Origin: Callorhinchus milii
Taxonomy: Eukaryota
Direction: 5' to 3'
NCBI RefSeq assembly: GCF_018977255.1
Contig: NW_024704742.1
Coordinates: forward strand, 79,114,001-79,178,000
DNA length: 64,000 bases
A program made the position numbers and the translations under genes. A model generated the notes under the pieces. It saw only the letters and a list, made by a program, of their open reading frames with translations, did no database searches and was not told the DNA's origin. Positions 48,141 to 61,709 of the stretch are shown here, one piece after another (positions within the stretch are counted from its first letter, which is position 1; each line of letters begins with the position of its first letter).

Positions 48141-51100
48141 CATAGAATCATAGAATTGTACAGCACAAAAAGAGGCCATTCGGCCCATCGAGTTTGTGCC
48201 GGCTCTTTGAATAGAGCAATTAATGTTAATCCCACTTCCCAGCCCTTTCCCCATAACGCTACAAACCCGTGCTCCTCAAATACCCAGCCACCGCATTTTT
48301 AAAAGTAGTTATCGAATCGGCCTCGACCACCCTTTCAGGCAATGCGTTCCAGATTCGAACAACTCGCTGCGTGAAAACATTTCTTCTCACCTTCCCTCTG
48401 CTTTTCTCTGCAAAACTGAGGCCCTCCTGATTGGCTCGCATCAGCGCCTCCGCACCTCAGGCGCTGACACCATCAGCATCCAAGGCTGCACTCTCCACCT
48501 CTCAAAGTCAGTCAGGAACATCGGTGTTCTGTTCGACCCTGAGCTGTCCTTTCTTCCTCATATCCGCACCACAACTGGTACCGCCTTCCATCACCTCCAG
48601 AATATCGCCAGACTATGGCACTACCTCACCTCTCACGCTACTGAAATACCGGTCCACACCTTTATCACCTCAAGGCTGGACTATGGGAACTCTCTCCTCG
48701 CCGGCCTTCCCGGCACCTCCCTCCACAAGCTGTGGATGAGGAATTCAAGATCCTCATCCTCACCTACAAGGCCATTCATAGTCTTGCTCCCTCCTATCTC
48801 TCCGACCTACTATCCCCCTATGTACCTGTCCATACCCTCCGTTCCTCTGGCTCCGGTCTGCTCCACAGCCCCCGCCCTACCATCGGTGGCCAGGCCTTCA
48901 GCCTCTCAGCCCCTAAGCTCTGGAACTCTATCCCCCAGTGCCTTCGCAGCCTCCTCCCTTTCCTCCTTCAAGGCCGGTCTCAAGACCTTTCTCTTTGACC
49001 GTGCCTTCAGCTCCCCTCTCGACTCTCTACCCCCTCCTCGCTCCCTCCCTTCCCTCCCCTCACCCTGACCATTTACCCCCTGCTCGGGTCCCAACCCAAC
49101 TGTCCAGCGCCTTGGGACGTCCTCCCGACATGAAAGGTGCTCTATAAATGAAATTGTGTTGTTGTTGTTTTGGATACTATTTTGAATCTGTGACCTCGAG
49201 TCACCGACACACCCACCAGTGGAAACAGTTTTCCCCTTTCTAACCTATCAAATCCCCTCATGATTTTGAAGACCTCTATTAGGTCTCCTCGTAACCTTCT
49301 CTGCTCCAATGAGAATAATCCCACCTCTCTAGCCTTTCCTCATAATCAAGGTCCCTCATTCCTGGTACCATCCTCGTAAATCTCCTCTGTACCCTTTCTA
49401 ATGCCTTAACATCCTTCCTTTAATGTGGTGCCCAGAATTGGGCGCAGTATTCTAACTGAGCCTAACCAGTGTTTTATATAGGTTAATCATAACCTCCTGA
49501 CTCTTGTACTCTATGCCCCTATTTATAAAGCCTAAAATCCCATTTGCCCTTTTTACAGCCTTATCTACCTGTCCTGCCACCTTCAAGGATTCATTTACCT
49601 GCACCCCTAGGTCTCTCTGTTCTTTTAACCCCCTTAAGATTGTATCACCTAGCCTGTATTGCCTCCCCTCTTTCTTTCTACCAAAATCCATTACCTCGCA
49701 TTTCTCTACATTGAAACTCATCTGCCATGTGTCTTCCTGCAGTTGGCTCCTATCCTTCTCACTGTTTGCTATCCTACCTAACTTTGTGTTGTCCGCAAAC
49801 TTGGAAATGGTGCTTGCTATACCCAAGTCCAGATCATTTATGTATATTAGGAAGAGCAGTGGTCCTAATACTGATCCCTGGGGGACGCCACTGTACACTT
49901 CCCTCCAGTCAGAAAAGCAGCCGTTCACCACAACTCTCTGCTTTCTGTCTCCCAGCCAGTTCTGGATCCATGCTGCCACTCTCCCTTTTATACCATGGGC
50001 TTCTATCTTTCTTACAAGTCTTTCATGTGGCACTTTGTCAAATGCCTTTTGAAAGTCCATATAAACTACATCAACTGCACTACCTTTATCCACCCTCTCC
50101 GTTACCTCATCGAAAAATTCTATTAGATTTGTTAGACAAGATTTGCCTTTAACAAATCCATGTTGGCTGTCCCTAATTAACCCATATTCTTCTAAGTGAA
50201 GATTTATTCTGTCCCGGATTATAGTCTCCAGGAGTTTCCCCACTACTGATGTTAGGCTGACTGGCCTGTAGTTCCCAGGTTTGTCCTTCTGTCCCTTTTT
50301 GTACAGGGGAGTCACATTGGCCACTCTCCAGTCCTCTGGCACCACCCCTGTGTCCAACGAAGATTGAAAAATTGTAGCCAAAGCCTCCGCTATTTGTACC
50401 CGTGCCTCCCATAGTAATTTTGTTTGCATCCCGTCCGGACCGGGTGACTTATCTACCTTCAGCGCAGTCAACCTTTTCAGTACTTCCTCTTTGTTTATAC
50501 TTATCCTATCCATTTCCTCTACCCTCTCCTCCGATACTGCGGCATTTGGTGCATCCACTTCTTTTGTGAAGACAGATGCAAAGTACTCATTCAGCACATC
50601 AGCCATGCCCTCTGCCTCCACAATAAGATTTCCCCCTTGGTCCTTAATTGGCCCCACCCTACCTTTGACTAGCCTTTTTTCCTTGATATGTTTGTAAAAT
50701 ATTTTAGAATTCCCTTTAATGTTACCCGCTAACCTTTTTTGTATAATCTTTTTGCCCCTCTTATTTCCTTTTTCAAACCTCTTCTGCAAATCCTATATTC
50801 GATTTGGTTGTCTTCTGTATCTTGGGTTTGACATTTGTCATACGCCTCCTTTTTCTGCTTCATTTAGATACAATTACCTTCGTCATCCAGGGAGGTTTGG
50901 AAGCCCTACTTTTCCCTTTTGTGGGAATGTATTTATTTTGTCCCCGAGCTATCTCATCCTTGAAGACTTCCCACTGCTCTTTAGTTGTTTTACCTGCCAA
51001 TCTTTCTTTCCAGTCCACCTTGGCTAGGTCCCTTTTTAACTCACTGAAATTTGCCCTCTTCCAGTTGAATATCTTTACCTTAGATGGTTCCTTGTCTCTT

Positions 51101-52309
51101 TCCATATGCACTCTGAATCTAATGATGTTATGATCACTATTACCCAGATGCTCTCCCAATGAAACCTGCTCCACTTGTCCTACTTCATTCCCCAGAACTA
51201 GATCTAGCACTGCTTCCTTCCTTGTTGGGCTGGAAACGTACTGATCAAGAAAGTTGTCCTGTATGCATTTTAGGAATATTTCCCCCTCCTTGCCCTTTGC
51301 GCTGTTGTTTTGCCAGTCTATGTTGGGATAATTAAAGTCCCCCATTATCACGACTCTATTGGCCTTGCATCTGTCTGAGATCTGCTTGCAGATCTGCTCA
51401 TCTATTTCCTTCCCACTATTTGGTGGTCTATAGTATACCCCTACCAGCGTAACAGCTCCTTTTTTGTTCCTTAACTCTAACCAGATAGATTCCGTTTTGG
51501 GGCCCTCCAGCACCTCAACCCTTTCCACGGCTATAACCGTATCTTTGACTAACATTGCCACACCACCTCCTTTTTTTCCTTCCCTATCTCTCCTGAATAC
51601 ATTGTAGCCAGGAATATTCAGCTCCCATTCCTGTACTTGCTTGAGCCAAGTCTCTGTTACTGCTACTACATCGTATCCCCTGTGACCATTTGAGCTGCAG
51701 CTCACCAATCTTGTTTGCTAAACTCTGTGCATTTAGGCACATGCACTCCAAGACCAACTTGACCTGTTCTGCACTTCCCCCTTGTTTTATTTCTCCATTT
51801 TCTAGCTCTTCGTTTTTTGCATTCCCTCCCCCCCTCAAAACTAGTTTAAACCCTCCCCAACAGCATTAGATAGCCTGTCTGCAAGCACATTTGCCCCAGC
51901 CCTGTTTAGGTGAAACCCATCCATATGATACAGGTCCCATCTACCCCAGAAATGGTCCCAATGATCCAGAAACTTGAAGCCCTCTTTTCTGGACCATTTC
52001 TCCAACCAAGCAATCATATGCTTGATCCTGCCATTCTGGTACTTATTTGCCCGAGGTACAGGGAGCAATCCAGAGATCGCCACCTTGGATGTTCGATTCT
52101 TTAGTATGTTTCCCAGCTTTTGATATTGACCCTGTAGAGTCTCAGCCCTTTTTTTTACCAATATCATGGATCCCCACCTGGACCACCACTTCTGGATGTT
52201 CTCCTTCCCCCTGAAGAATTTTATCCACCCTTTCTGGGATGTCTAAGACTGTTGTACCAGGGAGGCAACATACCATCTTTGACTCCCGTCTTCTGTTACA
52301 GAAGACGGG
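48141..52309 (-). mobile_element. CR1-clade LINE (ORF1 esterase C-terminal part + APE endonuclease + RT + 3' UTR), inactivated, split by an L2
   Basis: ORF1 SGNH-like [91 protein letters not shown]; frameshifts and an internal deletion; tail at 48141; possible TSD TGTT (48137-40, 52310-13). Confidence 0.97.
48410..49169 (+). mobile_element. Young L2 LINE nested inside the CR1 ORF2 3' end
   Basis: [17 protein letters not shown]; (TTG)n tail; CR1 reads TRGHRFKIVSK | KSRGKVRRNVFTQRVV across the insertion. Confidence 0.95.
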
Positions 52310-52715
52310 TGTTGACAACACAGCCTACCTGGCTAATTAGCAGGGCTTGGAGGGGTAAGGATTTTTTCCATTCAAGGCAAAACCTTAATTGGTAAGGCAG
52401 TCCTGGCTGGATAAGCTGTCTGAAAGCTTGCAGTGATTTCAACAGCAAGCTAAGTAGTTTCAGCTAGTTAGAATCCAGCACTACCCAAATGCACACTCTG
52501 GGGTCCCAAAGCCTTGGCTCTAGCCAATCTGTACCTAACACTCTCCGGATTTAGGTAAACAGGGTGCGTAACTTGCGGGAGAGATGCATATTCCATTCCA
52601 AACACATAAATGTCCGTGTGTGCGTGGCAGGCATGGAACTCTTGTCTGGTTCGGATACTCTTCATTGTGGTGATGGGTTTCTGCAAATGTCAGACACCCA
52701 ACTGACCAAACAAAG
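52310..52715 (+). repeat. Unclassified dispersed repeat, copy B right part (left part 48077-48140)
   Basis: GTTGACAACACAG..ACCTGGCTAATTAGCAGGGCTTGGAGGGG continues the alignment to copy A exactly where 48140 breaks off. Confidence 0.75.
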
Positions 52716-52830
52716 AAAGTCACTTACAATTACCAAGTCACTAATCTCAACAACAATTACCACTGAAGTGCTCTCACATTTCAATGTTATAGGTACCAAA
52801 ACAAATAATAATAATCTGACATAGCATCAA

Positions 52831-53002
52831 GGAGTCCTGTAGCTCAGTGGTTAGAGCACTCTCCTTGCAAGTGAGAGACCTGGGTTTGATTCCTGGCAGA
52901 GCAAAACCTTGGGCAACTTTCTTTACTCCACACGCCTAATAATAATCCCTCAAGAAAAAAAACAATAAAATTGGTCACTTCACTCCACTACTGTTTGTGG
53001 GA
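52831..53002 (+). mobile_element. tRNA-Ala-derived SINE, short form, 3'-truncated
   Basis: Full head, AATAATCCCTC, ends at CTGTTTGTGGG. Confidence 0.9.
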
Positions 53003-53665
53003 TAACTTAACACTATCTGGCTAACCTCCCCATCCACCATAACTCTATTTTTTTTATTTCTTATGTTTGCACATTAAATTACTTGGCTTTACCATGTGTA
53101 GCAACTGAAGCAAAATTTGGACTTTGGCTGTTAATAAATAAATATAATTCATTAATGCCATGGTCAAAAAAGCTCAAAACAAGTCTTGCAAGGCAAACTA
53201 TACTAAACTCTGGAACTTGCAAATGGTTTCCGTTCCTCTTTTTCTTTGGAGATTGGGTGTGATCATGGAGGCTGACTTAATAATAACAAGACTTCCAATG
53301 ATTGTGTGAAATCACAGGCCAATCTGCCCCGTCCACCTCATGAAGAGTCTGCTTTTTGGACGAGGTGCTGTCTGTTTGTTCAGAGTTGCAATTGCTCTAA
53401 TGTAATTCCGAGCTAAATCTATGTGTTACCAACCAAGCTACTTCATGAACTCCGTAATTACTTATTAATGAATATTAGTTAATTTAGTTGGCTACATTAA
53501 TGTCTGTGTTGAAAGTGAACAACCAGCAATGTATCAGTTTATACCTAAACTGTGTTTCATAAAAACCTTACTGCTTTGTCAACAATCACTGTGCTTTTCC
53601 TTGTTTGCCTGCAGCATTTGCTTCAGGGAACCCTTAAATCTCTCTTTCAGTCTGTTAGTTTAGGG

Positions 53666-54050
53666 CAGTGGTGGCCAACCTTTGTGGTCGGCCAACAAAA
53701 TACATTTTCCTGATTAATTTGATGTTGTATTTGTTGAATGTTTCTTGATTTATGCCAGAAATCAAGAGATATTCAAAACAAAACTGAGTCCGGCAGTTTT
53801 ACATTACTCCAGGGCACTGCTGATGACAGACCAGCCAACCTGACTTGGAAAGACAGACTATTCAGTGGGGACAGGGATTCTTCCGTTTCACCCCCTGTTA
53901 ATCCTACAAAACACTCATTGAATGTCTCAGGAATAAAACATTGATTTAGAGTCCTCCTGTTTATTGTTTCATTTTACTCGATTTAAAGCACCTAGACTAT
54001 TCTGAATGTTCAGCATGCCACTTCCAGCCGCTGATCTGGTGGTTGGGAAG
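53666..54050. mobile_element. Second, longer hAT-type MITE copy (right TIR degenerate)
   Basis: CAGTGGTGGCCAACCTTT..AAATACATTTTC, AAAACATTGATTTA and GAATGTT..CCACTTC blocks are colinear with 38355-38544. Confidence 0.65.
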
Positions 54051-54199
54051 TGTAGTACAAAGTCGGCAAATTTCGCACTGCTGACAAGAATAGGAGAAAT
54101 TATTTCCTTGGGATACCTTACCCATGAAAATATTAGCAGCAGTGCCTTGGCAATCTTCGCTGCTATCCCATACAGTAGGTCTTCTGCATCTGGGTATTA

Positions 54200-54499
54200 A
54201 GTTGGGCAAGTTTCCTTACTCCACACGCCTCCGTTTAGCTAGCAGTAAGTAGGAACCCGGTTGTTAGTCAATTGGTGCTTTTCCAGGGATAATAATTACT
54301 TCTAAATAAATTTTTAAAATAAAATAATAATAATTTGGTTACTCAATCCATGACTATCTGTGGGACACTGCTGTGCGCAATTAGATGCGTGTTTTGCCTA
54401 CAAAATATACAGTCAGAATACAGTATATTCTATGAAGCGCTTTGAGACGTCTTGAAGATGTGATAAGCCGCTATATCAAATGCAAGTATTATTATTATT
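54200..54499 (+). mobile_element. Deu-like SINE, long form, headless
   Basis: TTGGGCAAGTTTCCTTACTCCACACGCCTCCGTTTAGCTAGCAGTAAGTAGGAACCCGG..tail. Confidence 0.9.
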
Positions 54500-55170
54500 G
54501 GGAGGCAATCCACCACAATGAGGATGTACTGTAATTCCTCCGACTCACTGGGATGAGCAAGTGGCCCGACCAGTTCAGCCTAACCCTTCCTGAAGGGCTC
54601 CTCCATGATTGCCATCATCTGTAAACATTCTTTGATGCAATCTTCCAACTTCCCTATGTGCTCGCAAATGTCACATGACAAGCCATACAGCACCACATCT
54701 TTAAAGACTGTCCCTTGTCAAATATCACTGATAAATGACTTTATGAAAGGTAAGTATTATTATTATTACTATTATTATTTATCCTGATGATTCATGTATC
54801 ACACTTTTATCACAGTCACGTGGTTGGTGACAAAGTGGTTGCCTTGGTAATGAGATGAAAAAATGTCATGAGATTTTTAAAATATTTTTCCCAAAGTCAT
54901 GACATATTGTTAAAATTTATTAAGTGTATCTACTCTCAAGGTGCAATTGGATATCAATTAAGTTTCATCAATTCCATAATAAGTAGTTGCTTTGTTCTTT
55001 TCTGAAAGAAGGATTTTATATTTAAAAAATATAAATGGTGTTACGGAGCAGAATAATTATGAATCCCTATTCAGGCAGAGTAATTACATAAATTATAGGC
55101 GGATTTGACATCCTTCAAGAGATGTTGATCAGATAAAGCATATTTTGCAAATGCAAACATGTTGTTATTA

Positions 55171-55694
55171 ATCATCCAGAACTCTGCCACCCGTGTCCTC
55201 TCCCGCACCAGGCTCTGTGACCTGAACACCTCCATCCTTGCCCAACTCCACTGGCCTCCCATCACACAGAGGATACTGTTCAAGTTCCTGGTCCTCACCT
55301 TCAAAGCCCTCCACGGTCTTGCCTCCCCCTACCTCTGCAACCTCCTGACCCCCTACCATCCTACTCATCCTTCCATTCAATGGGCTCCGGCCTGCTTCAC
55401 ATCCCTCACCTTGATCGCTCCACTATTGGCAGGTGGGCCTTCTGCCACTCTGCCCCACCCTCTGGAACTCTATCCCTCAGTCCCTCTGCCTTGCGACCAC
55501 CCTTGCCATCTTCAAGATCCATCTCAAGATCCTCCTCTTCGACCGTGCTTTCGATCTCCCTGCTTCCCCCCTGCCCTCCACCCTCCCCAACCCCAACCCC
55601 CAGCTCGGGTCTGTAACTCTGTCTGTCCAGTGCCTTGGGATGTCCTCCCAAAGTGAAAGGCGCTATACAAATGTAATATTGTTGTTGTTGTTGT
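55171..55694 (+). mobile_element. L2 LINE 3' fragment
   Basis: [28 protein letters not shown]..; hairpin and (TTG)n tail. Confidence 0.93.
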
Positions 55695-56040
55695 TAATCA
55701 ATATGATACAAAACATCTTTTAAACACATCAGATGTATGTAACAGTGCTCAGTATCAAACCTAAGTCTTTCACTTAAGAAAAGTGTCTTCGACCCATCAA
55801 CCACTGAGAGGAATTCTGTTTGAGACATCTTTTGATTTTAATTAAAGAGTAATATTGGTATTTGATGGTGGTGGTGGGGGCAGGTGGGTGTTAATCAATT
55901 CATTCACAGGGAGAACAAGAACGTAATGATTGCAATACCAATACGAGGAAAACTGGGCTCTTTCCAAGTTTCAAGCGTTGAATATTGATATATTTATACA
56001 AAAGCATTGATGGGATTTTTTTAGAAGATGCATTTTGTGG

Positions 56041-56210
56041 TAAATAATATTCTTTGCATTTGATACAGTGCCTTTCCCATAGCCGAGATGCCTCAAAGTG
56101 CTTCATAGATTTTACTGTGAAGTGTTGTGACTCTATTTTATAGATGAACGTGGCAGCCAATTTGCAGACAGCAGAGTCCTACAAACAGCCTTGAAGTGAA
56201 TGACCAACTG
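56041..56210 (-). mobile_element. Older DeuSINE 3' fragment
   Basis: TTGCATTTGATACAGTGCCTTTC..GGCAGCCAATTTGCAGACAGCA..ACAAACAGC. Confidence 0.75.
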
Positions 56211-57792
56211 TCATTTGCAAATGTAGTATTGCCTCCCTGACATCAAAATTGAATGCACAACAAATTTGGATATCTTAAGAAAAATTGTTAAGAAAAATAA
56301 ATTGGAACTTAAAACACAAAGACGGTGCTGAACACGAGTGCAAATGAGAGAACGAAAAGATCTTCAGCTTGGAAATGTCTGTGGAATCATTGCGGCTAGG
56401 CCAGTCCAACCTGAACGCTTCAAGACAAATGCTAGGCTTTATTCTGCTCTGTTTGCTTGATGTAGTGAATTTTGAAATTTTGCTTTAAGCACTCATTAAA
56501 TGATTCGCCTCACTGAGCGAAGGCAGCAGAATTACCTCCAAATTGGCCTAAAGCAGTTTACTCAGTAACGGTACAAGAAGATCAATATTTTTTGCCATGT
56601 CTGTACTGCACATCAGGCATCAAGTAATGATGTTTTCGACCAATTTGCCATCAAACGTGCAGTATAGTATGAACTGGTGTCTGAGTAAGGTAGTATTATG
56701 AGTTGTATTACATTGGGCTGTTGACATGGATTCCTTTTAAAGCTCTCAGGCCCTCTGAAGGCAATTTGAATGGGGTAATTTTTAAGTTCTTAAGGAGCCA
56801 TTCACACAATTAATTAACAATTTAATAATGTTGAATGCAGATTTCTGATGCACAGAATGATGACTCAGAGGTTCACTGTTTTCTCTGACTCAAAAGTGAT
56901 GTATGACAGGTGATAATGCATAACCTGCCTTCCTGCTCCACAATATACTACACTACTTCATTCCCAAAACTGTGTATGGAGTACAAAGTCCCTGAATCCT
57001 TCCAGTCTGCCTTATATTAACATATTACACAGCAGCCTATATCTACAATCATGAATGCTTCTCACCTAATTATTAGCACTACAGGTACACAAGGAAACCT
57101 CTTACTCTGCGCTATGCTATTCTCATCATTATTACAGCAACATCATTGCCGTCACCAGGAAAGAACAACTGAAGCATTTTCTACAAATGTGCAACATTTC
57201 TTAGTTGTGAACTTCTAATCCAATTCCTGTATCAAATGTAGGCCTCATTGTAGTTAAGAGGAAAGGTACAAACTATAAAACAAGGGTTGCTGATCCCTGA
57301 ATCACCAAATCAATCTGAATTAAAAAGTAATTAAACATGGGCATGTATAATCTCATGTTTATTGCTAGATTAATATCAGTTCCCTGATTTGCACTAAAGT
57401 GGATCTTAAATTATTTCTCACACCGAATAAAGGAAAGATATAATAATAATTAATCTGTATGTTGGATATATAACCTTATTGTTGCAAAATATCTCAAAGT
57501 GCTTTACAAATTCTTCTGCAAAATCCACTGATTGCAGTAAATGCACATTTCGAATGAAACCAAATCCGAAACCAAAGTGGAGTGGTTGAAGCAGTGAGAA
57601 GCTTGCCAGTTCACAATTAAACTGAGGTCTCATCTACCTGTAAGAACCTATATTAAAGGGATGGAATTTAAAGATCTGATAGCTATATTAACAAAAAAGG
57701 AATTTTCTCCTGGTTTCCCGGCTAACAATCTTCCAGATTAATTGATCGTTCCCCTCCAGGCTGTTTTCTGCCATAAATGGCTCTTCACACTT

Positions 57793-58275
57793 AACAACAA
57801 CAACAACAACAACTTTGATTTATATAGCGCCCTCCAGCCCAGACGGTGTCTCAGAACCCTTCACATTAACGGATCCCGGGGAAGAGCCAGGGGGAGGGGC
57901 AGGAAGGGGACCAAAGGCGTGGTCGAAAAGAAAGGTCTTCAGCCGAGACCTGAAAAAAGGAAGAGAGGGGGCGAGGAAAAGGGAGCGAGGAAGGGAGTTC
58001 CAGAGCCTCGGGGCATAGTGGCTGAAAGCACGGCCGCCGAGGGTGGAGCGGAGGACTCTGGGGACAAGGTGCAGGCCAGATCTGGTAGAATGAAGGCAAT
58101 GGGAACTGTTGTGAGGAGAGAGGAGGTTCGAGAGGAAGGGGAGTGCAGAGGAGTGGAGGGATTTGAAGAAAAGCGTGAGGATCTTGAAGTTGATCCTCTC
58201 TGGGACAGACAGCCAGTGCAGTCTGACAAGGACTGGGGTAATCGGGGAGCGGAGTTTGGTGCGGGTAAGAATGCA
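57793..58275 (-). mobile_element. L2 LINE 3' end (GTGCTCTGAGA tail subfamily)
   Basis: (AAC)n tail; closely similar to 5450-5893. Confidence 0.93.
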
Positions 58276-58799
58276 GGTCTAACTACCATTATATTAATAA
58301 TAACAATTGTTACATTTTGATATAGTGCCTTTGATGTCGGTGGGACATCAAAGTGCTTCACAGGATTTACTGGAAAGTGTGGTGAGTGTGAATTTTATTT
58401 GTGAATGTGTAAGCTCTTTTGCACATAGCCGTGACGTGAATGATTTTGACAGCAGTTGCCATTCTTTCTTTATAGTGTTGTTACATAATGCAGGATGTAG
58501 GACAATCCTGCCATTTTCGGTTTAGGTTTTATAAATGACTTTAAAAAAATGTTTTATTGGAACAATTTTTCACAAATTGATACAACGAGCTGAAGTTGTG
58601 CAAGTGTGTCAGTTTCAAAGATGTTCAATTTAGTAGCTCTAATAGGTGAGGAATCATTATTTCATGTTATTAATGGGAATTTCTTCACTCTTTATCCCAT
58701 GCCTAGAATTTAAAGGCAGCTCAAAGAAAGACCTGATGGCTGTTTCTAATGGTAATGGGCTGGCAAGCTAAATCCCGTTGTCACTGCCACATAGTTTGT

Positions 58800-59155
58800 C
58801 CCTACCAACCTGTCACTCCCTCTGTTCAGCGGGCTCTGCCCTGCTCCATGTCTCCCGCCAGACCCGCCCTACCATCGGTGGCCAGGCTTTCAGCCTCTCT
58901 ACCCCCATACTCTGGAACTGTATCCCACAGTCCCTTCGCCTCGCTTCCTCCGTTGCCTCCTTCAAGGCCGGTCTCAAGACACTTCTCTTCAATCGTGCCT
59001 TCGGTCGCCCTCCCACCTCTCTGCCTTCCCTCACCCCTACACCACCCCTTCGCCATGCTCGGGCCTCGACACTTGACTGTCCAGCGCCTTGGGACGTCCT
59101 CAGGTATGAAAGGCGCTCTATAAATGTAATTTGTCGTTGTTATTTGTTGTTGTTC
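58800..59155 (+). mobile_element. L2 LINE 3' fragment
   Basis: TIGGQAFS..LWNCIP..FKAGLKTLLFNRAFG; 3' UTR like the 14668 and 27581 copies. Confidence 0.93.
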
Positions 59156-60787
59156 TTGTAGCTTAATATGGCCCAAATACTGCTCGTTCAGTGCTGTTAC
59201 TATAAAGCTGGATTGAGATTCTGCTAAACATTTTACGTTTGGATAATAGAAATTGTTCTTCTGAAATTGGATATTTCCAGGTGATTATAAACAAAATCTG
59301 TTTTTTTAGTAGGCTAGGCAGGTAACACAGGAATCTAATGAATTGCTGAACAATAGCCAAAACAAACCATTGAGAGGTTCCACATATTCGCCCGAATTTA
59401 CTTTTGACTGGATGGAAGAGTGCACACTCTCCCCCGAGGGACATATCCTGCTCACCTAATGCCAGAAAGTATTATGCACAGGTTGGTAAGGTTTGGGGTT
59501 CCCAGCAAATGCTTTGGGGGTACTCATGAAAGAAACGAGCAGAGCCTATAAATTTACAAGAGCGGGTTAGAAAATTCACTTGAAAGAGCAGGAGAGTGGG
59601 ATCAAACTAAGTTGGCTTCATGTGGACATAATCAAGTGGAGTCTTATGGAGCAAATGAGCTGTATGAATGCAAGGAAACATACAATAATAAGGAAATGAA
59701 ATCTTAAAGAGGGCTTGCCTCTCACTGAGCCCATGATAATCGTTCATAGCTTCATTAAATTGCTGTTTGCCTACTTTCTTTAGAAGTTGCTCTTCACCCG
59801 ATATCTTAAAATCACGTGCTTTTCTCTAAGATTTGAAATCAACATACTGTATTTACAATAGGAAAGCTAAGAGAGGAGATAAAGAAGAGACTAGGTCAAC
59901 CTTTCAGAATGGAGTGAATTGAGTGCTCTCAGGACAAGAAAGTGATTGTAACACCATGGCAAGATCACTGGTAAAAATGGACTATATAATGCATGTAAGC
60001 ATGGAGTGCCATAATTCCCACCTGATTTAAATTAAAGGAACCTTGGCAAATAATCCCCCAAATAAAATTGGTGATTCACTTCAAGGTTGTATTTAGGATT
60101 GCTAGGCAACAACTTGCTGCTGCGTTTGCCTGCAAAATACACAATGACTCCACTTAATAGCACATCTTATGAAGTGCTTTGAGACATCCTCCCAATGTGA
60201 AACAACAGTTGCAATCAAAGTCATTCTAGTGGGAATTATAAAGTATTACACAGACTGTGCAGCACAGAAATGGGGCATTCAGCCCAACTAGTTCATTAGT
60301 ATTTAGACTCCACATAAACCCCCACCCCTCCTTATCTCCTGTGTCTCTCTGTTCATTTTTTCCTCATACATTCATCAGGTTTACTCTTAAATTCTCTCAG
60401 CATTTATTTCAGCTGGCTTCAGTCAAAAAATAGATAACTAAAATCACCCTCATGCTCGTTTACAGCAGTAATCTTCCCACTGTGATTTACTGCAAATCAA
60501 CATTTGCAGTAAATTGGCATGAGTCAGAGATTGAAACCCATACCTGAGACATTCATATGGATTAAGACTTCTTCGCAGAATAATCAAGGGAGTACTTTCC
60601 ACTCAAAGTTCTGTACCCAAATCTAAAGAGACCACTTATTCTGAAATATTGTGCACCTGCAGTAGAAAATTCCTCGTTTAGTAACAATCTTTGTGTCTAA
60701 TAAAGTGTTTTATTATGTTGAGAGCACACAGGTTTCTGTAAAGTATAGTTACTGTGTATTTTTAGGCGAACTGGGCAGTCCATTTAT

Positions 60788-61706
60788 ATCACAGACATCG
60801 TCAACCTGTCCCTCTCCTCTGGCTCTATTCCCATTCCCTTAAAAACTGCCACCATCACTCCCACCTTAAAAAAACCCTCCCTTGATGCGTCGCAGCTATC
60901 AAGCTACCGGCCCATCTCCAACCTCCCCTTCCTATCCAAAGTCCTGGAATGAGTTGTCGCCTCCCAGCTGCGCTCTTTCCTCTCCAACCATTCACTATTC
61001 GAACCCCTTCAGTCGGGTTTCCGTGCTGCCCATAGCACAGAAACTGCCCTGGTCAAGGTCACCAATGACATCCTGACCATCTGTGACCAGGGCTCCATCT
61101 GCCTCCTCGTCCTCCTCGACCTATCGGCAGCATTCGATATGGTCAACCATGCTATCCTCCTCCACCGCTTGTCCTCCCACCTAAATCTTCAAGGCCCTGT
61201 CCTTGAGTGGTTTAGGTCGTACCTCTCCCACTGTCTTCACTTTGTCTCCACAAATGGTTTTTCCTCCGGCCCCCGCACCGTCTCGTGCGGTGTCCCTCAA
61301 GGCTCTGTCCTCGGTCCCCTCCTCTTCACCCTCTATATGCTCCCCTTGGTGACATCATCTGCAGACATGGGGTTAACTTCCACATGTATGCGGATGACAC
61401 CCAACTCTACCTTTCCTCCTCTACCCTCAACTCCACGACCACCGATGTCCTGACAGCCTGCCTGTCCGACATCGAGTCCTGGACGAGAGACAACTTTCTT
61501 CAGCTCAACGTGCGCAAAACTGAGGCCCTCCTGATTGGCTCACGTCAGCGCCTCCGCACCTCAGGCGCTGACAACATCAGCATCCAAGGCTGCACTCTCC
61601 ACCTCTCAAAGCCAGTCAGGAGCCTCGGGGTTCTGTTCGACCCTGAGCTGTCCTTTCTCCCTCATATCCGCACCACAACTGGAACCGCCTTCCATCACCT
61701 CCGCAA
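60788..61706 (+). mobile_element. Young L2 LINE internal RT segment, truncated at both ends
   Basis: YRPISNLPFLSKVLE*(CGA>TGA), [41 protein letters not shown]; one frameshift near 61345; no 3' UTR. Confidence 0.96.
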
Positions 61707-61709
61707 TCT

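Noticed and set aside
48223..49068. 281-aa ORF as a chimeric gene
   Set aside because: Chance read-through from antisense CR1 into the nested L2, with a deletion-induced frameshift.
49504..51133. Plus-strand ORFs of 100-180 aa
   Set aside because: Antisense shadows of CR1 ORF2 with no independent coding signal.
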